Virus record (IMG/VR): IMGVR_UViG_3300025018_000280
Location: 1 to 39,291 of that record
Source of the DNA: a virus
Lineage: Duplodnaviria > Caudoviricetes
Length of the DNA stretch: 39,291 nt
Direction: 5' to 3' (one strand)
Positions 31,936-39,291 of the stretch are shown here, piece after piece. Within the stretch, counting starts at the first letter, position 1. The number at the start of each line of letters is the position of its first letter. The position numbers were made by a program, and so were the translations under genes. The notes under the pieces are model-generated. The model searched no databases, was not told the DNA's origin, and saw only the letters and a list, made by a program, of their open reading frames with translations.

Positions 31936-34900
31936 TTATTCTTCTTTATTTTTTTCTGTTAATCCGTAGGTTGATTTAATACCAAGCCCAAGCGAATTTA
32001 ATAAGGCGTCAAAACCATCAAGCTCACCACCTATAAAACTTATAAGGTTTTGAATTTGAACTGGTTGTATTCCTTTTAATTTGTTTATCATAAAAGACGG
32101 AATTTGTGAATAGCCAAGTGTTCCACCACCGCCAAATTTATAAGCAACTGTTTTACCTTTTAATTTTCCATATTTTGGATCACCTTTATAATAAACACCT
32201 TTTTTAGTAGTTTTATATACACCCTTTTCATAATCAATACCGAACAATTCTTTATATGTGGTGTATGGTCTTTGAGCATAATCTGTTCCTTTCATTGCAT
32301 CAAAAAACAAATTAAATACCACACTACCCTTGTGTTGAGCTGATTGTATTGGGTGAACAATAAACTTTATCGGATCAATAAAGTGTCCTAAAATTGAAAA
32401 GTATTTTCTCTCTTGTGTTTTACCGCCAAAAAGTTTATATATCGGAGTAATATCTACGCCAGTCCACATTAGTCTTCCCTGTTCCCAAGCTGTTTGATAA
32501 TTTCTAACAAACCTATCCCAAGTGTTTTTAGTATCTTCATCGTCTTCATCAACACTTGCTATAAGTAGGTTAGTCATTACTGTTAATAAAGCCCCCTTAG
32601 TAAATATACCAGCCCAAAATTTACGATACATTTTTCTTTCTTGTTTGTTCCCAGCACCAACCGCCTTAACCATAGACATAATATTACTTTCTGTCCAGTC
32701 TGGAGCTAAAGCAAATATTCTAAAAATATGCTGAACAGTAGGATTTCTACCAATTCTTTGTAAATGAAGACCACCAAAGTCATCATTAATTAAATTTGCC
32801 GACATTTTAGCCAAATCATTTATATCTTTATTTGGATATTTTTTAGTTAAATTTCTTAATTCAATTTCAAATGCCTTTACTTTTAGTCCAGCTCCAAACT
32901 CACCAAATAGAAAATCAGCTTGCCTCTCTCTAAGTTCTAATATCTTATCCTTAACAATTTTAGTGGCTTTTAAATTATCTAACACGCTACCGATAAATGT
33001 TTTTTCTTTTAATAACTGCTCATTCCAATCCTGTTTAACTCCTAATGTTAAGCCGTTTTTTACTCCCAGTTGGACAACCCCATCCATATTCTCAATCATT
33101 TTTATTCCGTTGCGATAAGCATTTCGTATATTTAATTCATTAAAAGTTTTACCACCAGTTCCTAGATAATATGAACGAGCAAAAGCAAAGTGGTGAAATA
33201 AAGAAGTTTGTAATATCCAAGATTTTAAAATAGCGTTATATTTTGTGATTGTTTTAATTCCGGGTGTATCAATTAAAGCTGATGTCCCTAATATATTATT
33301 CATATTATCAGCAATTTCTTTTGGAGCATATAGTCTTTTTCTTTCTAATACAACATCATCTTTGGTGATTATAAAGTTTCTGCCAATAGCATCACCTTTG
33401 GCTACACCAGAATAACCCCAAACAGTAAAGTTTGGATGTTTAACTTCTTTATAGCCGTCTAATTGTTTTATAGTTAGAAGCGGATCGCCATCAACTGTTT
33501 TTAGTTTTTGTAATTCTTTAATAAATTGTTTATCAGCAATAGTATTATTTATCTCTTTTTTAAGAATATTAAGATTATTTGTTGCCCCCTCAACCTTTAA
33601 TGTCATCCCCTTTGACCAGCCCTCTAAAATTGTTGACAAGGTTCTTTGTTTAGCGTGTTTTGTTTTAATACCAAACTTTCTAAACATTTCTGTTGATTGT
33701 CCTTGTTTAATATCCCAAACACGAGCAACATAATTTTCTAAAACATTTTTAATTACATCAGCCTCTAGTGCTTCACTACCAACAATATCATAAGACTCAG
33801 ATATATAATCGGCTATTTGTTTTATTTCTGGTGGCAGTTTTTGAGATAAATCAACGATTTCTTTTTGATCATCTGTTAATTTATTATAATATTTTTCAAC
33901 ATCAGCGGGATTTCTTTTAGTGTCAATATAAACCTGAATTGCTTTATCATAATTTTTAGCAGTCAAATCATATTTTTTGCGACCAAGTGTATCTTTAATA
34001 AGTTTTTGTAATTTTCTAGTTTCTACATCGGCTTTCAAACTTTTAATATCTTTTTTACCAAACCAAATATCTTTTAATTTTTCATAATTAGTTGGCTCTT
34101 TTGTTGTTTTAAAATACTCACCTATTTTGTTTATCGGCTTAGTTGAAATAAAACCTGACTGGTCTTTGCTCAATTCTTTTAATTCGTCTATTGCTTCTTT
34201 AACCTCTTTGCTTTTAAACTCTTTAACTTCTGATACCTTTTTTATTTCAGGTATTGCTGGTTTTTTAACTTCAATTTTCGGTAAAGATGGTTTTTTATCC
34301 TTAAAAAATATAGCATTCTTTTCATCTATGATCATTGGCATTAACAGCCCAGCCTCCTTATTGCCAGAGTATATTATTATTGGTTTTTTTGGTTCGGTCG
34401 CTTTCAATGAAAAATCAGGAATATTCTTTTTCAAATAATCATAGTAAAACTTATTGACATGTATGTTTTCACCTTTTGCAGTTTTTAAAATATAGCTTTC
34501 TGGTTTTTCAACATAACCAACTATATCAGAAACTGGTTTTGGACTTCCCTCTTTGGCATTATTCCATATTTCTTTAGTTTCGGGTTTTTGACCATCTAAT
34601 AACGGAGTCATTCTTGTCTTCAATTTTTCTGGTATAAATTCTGGTTTTAATAACCAAAAAGCATTAGTGTATTCACCACTTTCAGATATTATATTTCTAT
34701 CGCTCTTTGTTTGAAATTTAGTAAGTATTGCTTTTGGTTTCAAAAACTCTTGGTCTTTATCTGATATTATCTTTTCTGTTGGCTTATCAATAATAAATCC
34801 CTGTTTTATATTTTTAAATTCATTGATAGCATCTTGAAGTGCTGTAGTTTCTGTTTTAACTTGTTCTTCTTGGATAAGAGCTGTTTTAGGGTCTTTTACT

Positions 34901-36324
34901 TCAGTAGTAGCAACTTTACCCACTTGTGGCTCTAAAACCTCTGTAATCGCAGTTTCTGGCTTAATTTTAGGCGTTATGACTGGTGGTATTACTTGTGTGG
35001 TAGTTACTGGGGTTATTGTTTCAGGAATTGCTGGCAATCCAGTTTGTCCAATTTCTACTGGTTTGGCTTTTAAGTTTCTTGGTTTTAATATTTCTATATT
35101 TACATTTTTACCTTTCTGTTCGAGTTTAACTAATCCGACATTGCCATTTTTATCTTTGATATTAAATTCGGCTTTCTTTTGTTTTCCAAGCAGTAATTCC
35201 TCTATCTTTGGTTGTTTTTGAAATAAATATTCAGCTTCTACACTTCCCTTTAAATAAGGTTCATAAGTTTTTATTTTTCCAACGGTTGTTCCAATTTTTG
35301 CGTAAGTTCCACTAGTAGCCACGGCTCTTAAAACATTATCAACTAACAGTGTTTTAAATAATCCGACTACTTGTTGTGTCTTTTCGTTGGAAATACCCAT
35401 TTGTTTTGCCATTTCCTGATTTTCTTTTAATAGCTTTTCAGCTTCCAGCGAATAAGGACTATATTTTCCCAAGACTGGTATATCAATTTCCTCTATTTTA
35501 TTTTTATTTGCTAATTGTAAAGCCCCATTAACAAAATCTAATCCAAACTCTATGGGCAGTCCAGCCATAAATTTTACCACTTGTTGAGCCACTTCTTTTG
35601 TAGCCCCTGGTAATTCCTTGGCTACTGCTAATGCTTGTTGTGGTTTTGATAATTTAGCAAATGGTTCTTCTTTTGGTATTTGACCATACACCTTTAATGC
35701 TGGGAATATAGTTTCAGCTATTGATACTGGTAAATTTTTTATTGTTTCTTTAATTATATTTGGTGGCTGATTATTCCAATTCAAAACTCTAGCCCTTGCT
35801 TGATTAAGGTCTATCTTTCCAGACTTATAATCGTTGATAGCCGACCACTCAACTAACATTTTACCCTCTTGTCTGTTTTTAGCTTGAGCTGGTTTATTTA
35901 GAATTTTATCAAGTAAAGTTTTTTTGCTTTCAAGATATTGAAGGTTCGGATCATAAGAAGTTCCACCCAAAGACACTGGTATTATATGGTCTCGTTCTTG
36001 TCCTGTTTTAGTAGGCAGTGAACCATAAGCCCTTTCGGTTAAAACTGGCTTGTTGTATTGGTCAACTTTATATTGTCCGCCACCAACGCTCTTTGGAATA
36101 TTTCTAATTCTTGATAATTCACCATAACTAACTTTTTGACTTTCTGGGGTTTTGGTTAGTGTTCCATCAAAAGGAGTATAAACAGTAGGCATTTTTACAG
36201 ACGGTAAAGATGGTTTGGTTATTTCAGTTTTTTCTTCAACACCAGAAAACAACGGCTGATATTTAGTAGTCTTTTTTATCGGTGTTTCCTGTTTAGGTTG
36301 TGAGAATAATGGTTTATAACTCAT
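31936..36324 (-). CDS. Giant internal-virion / DNA ejection protein with N-terminal HNH-like motif
   Basis: 1462 aa; last large late gene; ERDHIIPVSLGG...NLQYL; helical C-terminal region (INDDFGGL...ALAPDWTES). Confidence 0.75.
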   Translation of the reverse strand: MSYKPLFSQPKQETPIKKTTKYQPLFSGVEEKTEITKPSLPSVKMPTVYTPFDGTLTKTPESQKVSYGELSRIRNIPKSVGGGQYKVDQYNKPVLTERAYGSLPTKTGQERDHIIPVSLGGTSYDPNLQYLESKKTLLDKILNKPAQAKNRQEGKMLVEWSAINDYKSGKIDLNQARARVLNWNNQPPNIIKETIKNLPVSIAETIFPALKVYGQIPKEEPFAKLSKPQQALAVAKELPGATKEVAQQVVKFMAGLPIEFGLDFVNGALQLANKNKIEEIDIPVLGKYSPYSLEAEKLLKENQEMAKQMGISNEKTQQVVGLFKTLLVDNVLRAVATSGTYAKIGTTVGKIKTYEPYLKGSVEAEYLFQKQPKIEELLLGKQKKAEFNIKDKNGNVGLVKLEQKGKNVNIEILKPRNLKAKPVEIGQTGLPAIPETITPVTTTQVIPPVITPKIKPETAITEVLEPQVGKVATTEVKDPKTALIQEEQVKTETTALQDAINEFKNIKQGFIIDKPTEKIISDKDQEFLKPKAILTKFQTKSDRNIISESGEYTNAFWLLKPEFIPEKLKTRMTPLLDGQKPETKEIWNNAKEGSPKPVSDIVGYVEKPESYILKTAKGENIHVNKFYYDYLKKNIPDFSLKATEPKKPIIIYSGNKEAGLLMPMIIDEKNAIFFKDKKPSLPKIEVKKPAIPEIKKVSEVKEFKSKEVKEAIDELKELSKDQSGFISTKPINKIGEYFKTTKEPTNYEKLKDIWFGKKDIKSLKADVETRKLQKLIKDTLGRKKYDLTAKNYDKAIQVYIDTKRNPADVEKYYNKLTDDQKEIVDLSQKLPPEIKQIADYISESYDIVGSEALEADVIKNVLENYVARVWDIKQGQSTEMFRKFGIKTKHAKQRTLSTILEGWSKGMTLKVEGATNNLNILKKEINNTIADKQFIKELQKLKTVDGDPLLTIKQLDGYKEVKHPNFTVWGYSGVAKGDAIGRNFIITKDDVVLERKRLYAPKEIADNMNNILGTSALIDTPGIKTITKYNAILKSWILQTSLFHHFAFARSYYLGTGGKTFNELNIRNAYRNGIKMIENMDGVVQLGVKNGLTLGVKQDWNEQLLKEKTFIGSVLDNLKATKIVKDKILELRERQADFLFGEFGAGLKVKAFEIELRNLTKKYPNKDINDLAKMSANLINDDFGGLHLQRIGRNPTVQHIFRIFALAPDWTESNIMSMVKAVGAGNKQERKMYRKFWAGIFTKGALLTVMTNLLIASVDEDDEDTKNTWDRFVRNYQTAWEQGRLMWTGVDITPIYKLFGGKTQERKYFSILGHFIDPIKFIVHPIQSAQHKGSVVFNLFFDAMKGTDYAQRPYTTYKELFGIDYEKGVYKTTKKGVYYKGDPKYGKLKGKTVAYKFGGGGTLGYSQIPSFMINKLKGIQPVQIQNLISFIGGELDGFDALLNSLGLGIKSTYGLTEKNKEE

Positions 36325-37621
36325 CTTTTTGTTCTGCTAATTTAGTGCCTGTTAAAAAATATGATTTAGCTGTTGGATCGTTTGGGTTTAACCAGTTTTG
36401 TGGGTTATAGGTTTTATCAAACCACGATAATAAACTAGGTGCATTTATAGCAACATTTTCTCTTATCTCTCTATATTTAGAAGTGTCTAAATATCTATCA
36501 CCGCCCATTATAGCTTTAATATCTGTTTGTATAGCTTGTTTTTCTTCATCAGTATCTTCTACTGGTGCTTTTGGCGTTGCTGGTTTTTGTCCCATAACAC
36601 TACCACCTGTCGGGCTTTTAACTGGTTTCATCACTAGGTTTCCTTGCTCATCTGTCTCTGGGTTATCCTTATCATACCAATACATCATATTAGTTGCTTT
36701 GTCGGTAATAAAGTCAGGATTAACTCCAACGGGCAAGTCAAGGTCTTCGGCACTATAATTTTTAGTTACGACTTCACCAGTGCTTGGGTCTTGCCCGTAA
36801 GCCACCAAACTATTACCTTTCCACGCATACTCATATTCAATTTGTTTTTCTCTTGGTGCGTTTTGGTTATACAAACTATCAGCCATAAACTCATCAATAT
36901 TAGCGTTCTCTAATAATTGTTTGTATCTGTCTGGGTCTCTTTCTTTTAATTCGTCTGGACTAATACCACCAGCAAAAAGAGTAACGAGGTCATCTCGGCT
37001 ACTTGCTTGGTTATCTTTTAGATACTCAAAATAAGCGTCTTGGTCTTGTCTAGCAAGGGTTGCTTCTTTATCAGCTCGGTCAATAGCTCTTTGGTCGGCT
37101 TTGTCATATAGCCCAGCAATTTGAGTATCTATTTTAGCTCTCTCGGCTCTTTGAATACGAGTATTATACTTTTGTGTGCCTTGGGTCATAGCCACCCCCC
37201 TAGGGCTTTGTAGCAGTCCACCAGCACTCTGTAATCCCCTAGACTGTCCTAGTCTGTCGGTGGCTTCCTCTTGTAATTCGGGCATAATAGTTGATGACCA
37301 ATAATTCTCTAAGGCATCTATTTGAGCTTGTATCCTTTGTCTTTCTTCTTCTTGTATTTTAAGAGGGTCAACAGTTTTTTCTGAACGAGTTTTTAAAATA
37401 TCGCCATATTCGTCTGTTTGAGTTGTTGGGTATCTAGTCGGGATTGTTGGTTCGTTGGTTTGTGGTAAATTTTCCTTGTAAGTATCAGGCACAACAATAT
37501 CTTCACCTTGAGATATGCGGTTAAGGTTAGGGTTTAGTTTTCTTAATTCTTCTTTATCAACTCCAACTCGTTGAGCTAAAGTGTTTATGCTTTCATCAGG
37601 TTTGTATTGTGTTACTGCCAT
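36314..37621 (-). CDS. Putative ejection/pilot protein with N-terminal LysM-like domain
   Basis: YKPDESINTLAQRVGVDKEELRKLNPNL.RISQGEDIVVP; GGLLQSPRG plus coiled coil. Confidence 0.7.
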   Translation of the reverse strand: MAVTQYKPDESINTLAQRVGVDKEELRKLNPNLNRISQGEDIVVPDTYKENLPQTNEPTIPTRYPTTQTDEYGDILKTRSEKTVDPLKIQEEERQRIQAQIDALENYWSSTIMPELQEEATDRLGQSRGLQSAGGLLQSPRGVAMTQGTQKYNTRIQRAERAKIDTQIAGLYDKADQRAIDRADKEATLARQDQDAYFEYLKDNQASSRDDLVTLFAGGISPDELKERDPDRYKQLLENANIDEFMADSLYNQNAPREKQIEYEYAWKGNSLVAYGQDPSTGEVVTKNYSAEDLDLPVGVNPDFITDKATNMMYWYDKDNPETDEQGNLVMKPVKSPTGGSVMGQKPATPKAPVEDTDEEKQAIQTDIKAIMGGDRYLDTSKYREIRENVAINAPSLLSWFDKTYNPQNWLNPNDPTAKSYFLTGTKLAEQKDEL

Positions 37622-37631
37622 ATTATTTATT

Positions 37632-37718
37632 TTAATTTTTATACATATTATAGAATATTACAAACATCATTATTGTAATAAGTGTAAATGGTATTATTAG
37701 TCCGATTGTCATTGCCAT
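37632..37718 (-). CDS. 28-aa hydrophobic peptide (copy B; not in ORF track)
   Basis: MAMTIGLIIPFTLITIMMFVIFYNMYKN; synonymous conservation against 1..32. Confidence 0.65.
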   Translation of the reverse strand: MAMTIGLIIPFTLITIMMFVIFYNMYKN

Positions 37719-37728
37719 ATAATTTAAT

Positions 37729-37767
37729 CTCATTCCTGCATTCAAGATTTACTTAAATGCAGAGTGA
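37729..37767 (-). promoter_or_regulatory. Intergenic hairpin after fibre gene B
   Basis: Minus strand CTGCATTTAAG-TAAAT-CTTGAATGCAG; sequence differs from copy A but pairing is kept. Confidence 0.6.
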
Positions 37768-37769
37768 AA

Positions 37770-39291
37770 TTACTCAGTCCATATATATTCAATCCAAGCC
37801 GCACCCTCTGAGCTCTGCGGTGGATTATTACTAGTAGTAATCACTTGATCAACTGCAACTGTTATTGATGAAGATGTATCAATAGATGATGTTCCACTAT
37901 CAATATCAATGAATGTTCCACTAACACCATCATCTTTTCTATTTATTTCAAAAAATGTTTGTTGAGAACTAGCCGTTGTGTTTAAAATTGTCCATTCGCA
38001 CACCATTTTACCCCAGTTATTGTTAGATGTTGCAGTAACAGCACAAAGACCATCGTTTATTTTCGTTCCACCAAAATCTAGTTCGTATTCTACTGTTGAA
38101 TTAGTAGCTTGATTTTCTGTCTGGTGTTCGTGAATAATGTGAACCCTTATTCCATGTATTGTTGATAATTTACCAGCGGGTATAATTTCAGATAATATTT
38201 CAGTGGTTGCAATTGCTGTTTGAATTTCTTCAACCGTTGATGTAGCCATTGAACGAGGACTAATATTAGAAACACTATTTCCACTGCTATCAATTAATTC
38301 ATTCCAAGCAAGTGAACCAGTAGTAGTGGCGTTACCCAATACAGAAAAATTTCCAGTTATTGTTGATGTTGACATTAGTAGCCCAGGATGTGTAGTAGTC
38401 GCATTCCAACTATCTTTCCAGAAAGTATCTATTCCTTTATTGGTTGTAGTAGAAAGGGCAAAGTAGCCATCGTCATCTATATTAAACCACCAGTTATTAA
38501 GGTTAAAATCAACTCCGATTTTAGAGTCGTCAATACTAATACCTTTAGTAGTAGAAGCTGTTAAACCTGAACCACCCGTTACCATATTAACAGTAGATAC
38601 TCCGTCATCAGAGAATTGCCAAACATTAGAAGTTCCGTTGTATCTTAAAAAAGGGTTGCCAGTATTGCCATAAGCGTAGATATATTTAGTAGTTGAAGTC
38701 GTGTTAGCAAACTTAATTGATTGAGTATCATTACCGATAATAAAAGTATCATTACCTGTGGAATAATCACCAGTTAAGACATTTCTTAAAATAGCTAAAA
38801 TCGGAAAGTCAGTTATTTTAACACTCGCCCCTCGTCTATGACTGTCTTTTAGCGAGGCGACTTCGGTTTGTCCGTCTACTGGGTCAATACCACGAAGACA
38901 AGAAGTGAGAGCTGTGCCTGAAGCTGAACAGATAACAAACTCCTCATTAGCTGAACCCTCATCAATAATAAAGCCATAAGTGCCTGATAGACTATTGCCA
39001 TTAGCTAGAGTTGCCGATACTAAAGTCATCGTAGTCGCACTAGAGGAAATACTATTTTGTAAGGAGGTTTCAAATAGAGCCGAGATGTCAGGAATAGTTA
39101 CGCCTAAATTAGCCCCATTACGCAGACATTCTTCTAAAAGGTTGTTTTGTTCGGCTGTGCCAATATAACCCTCTATACCGCAATTTTGAGCCACTAGCAC
39201 CCTATCAGACACACTAGGTAGGTCTTGTCCTTGCTCTTGGTAGTAGTTCCATAAACTAGCTTGAGCTATTCCGACTGTTAGGAGTAAAGCA
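37770..39291 (-). CDS. Tail fibre / receptor-binding protein, variant B (5'-truncated by window end)
   Basis: Frame open to the end (ALLLTVGIAQASLWNYYQEQGQDLPSV); N-terminal ~180 aa near-identical to variant A; different middle and C-terminal modules. Confidence 0.8.
   Translation of the reverse strand, partial: ALLLTVGIAQASLWNYYQEQGQDLPSVSDRVLVAQNCGIEGYIGTAEQNNLLEECLRNGANLGVTIPDISALFETSLQNSISSSATTMTLVSATLANGNSLSGTYGFIIDEGSANEEFVICSASGTALTSCLRGIDPVDGQTEVASLKDSHRRGASVKITDFPILAILRNVLTGDYSTGNDTFIIGNDTQSIKFANTTSTTKYIYAYGNTGNPFLRYNGTSNVWQFSDDGVSTVNMVTGGSGLTASTTKGISIDDSKIGVDFNLNNWWFNIDDDGYFALSTTTNKGIDTFWKDSWNATTTHPGLLMSTSTITGNFSVLGNATTTGSLAWNELIDSSGNSVSNISPRSMATSTVEEIQTAIATTEILSEIIPAGKLSTIHGIRVHIIHEHQTENQATNSTVEYELDFGGTKINDGLCAVTATSNNNWGKMVCEWTILNTTASSQQTFFEINRKDDGVSGTFIDIDSGTSSIDTSSSITVAVDQVITTSNNPPQSSEGAAWIEYIWTE

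Noticed and set aside
421-39168. Plus-strand ORFs in the ORF track (e.g. 11690..12043, 29712..30185, 31667..31969)
   Set aside because: Antisense shadows of well-supported minus-strand genes or regulatory sites, with no recognisable motifs
37687-39291. True direct terminal repeat or simple circular overlap
   Set aside because: Copies differ by many substitutions and by two non-homologous cassettes

Overview
An essentially complete, AT-rich genome of a podovirus-like (P22-style head/nozzle/ejection layout) dsDNA phage, about 37.4-37.7 kb as a circle. All credible genes are on the minus strand, in the standard genetic code. Transcription order: replication initiator, DnaB, small early genes, YopX, ERF/SSB/HNH recombination cluster, two apparently degenerate methyltransferases with a GIY-YIG endonuclease, TerS, TerL, portal, scaffold, major capsid, a block of signal-peptide-bearing Ser/Thr-rich proteins, lysis cassette with a papain-like peptidase, adaptor, nozzle, fibre, LysM protein and a giant ejection protein. 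I see no integrase, canonical repressor, DNA polymerase, tRNA or CRISPR array. The two window ends carry two mosaic versions of the same fibre gene. ATST/ATTT-rich secreted proteins and near absence of Shine-Dalgarno motifs suggest a Patescibacteria (CPR, Parcubacteria-like) host; this is inference. Highlights: (1) an intron-less GIY-YIG element inside a cytosine methyltransferase gene, where the gene start is present twice with 7 consecutive codons synonymously recoded; (2) many virion-module proteins with Sec-type signal peptides; (3) a uORF plus alternative-pairing RNA leader before the replication initiator; (4) TerS with no ATG, probably an AUU start; (5) a dif-like site; (6) several structured intergenic RNAs. 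Family assignments come from motif recognition by eye, not database searches.
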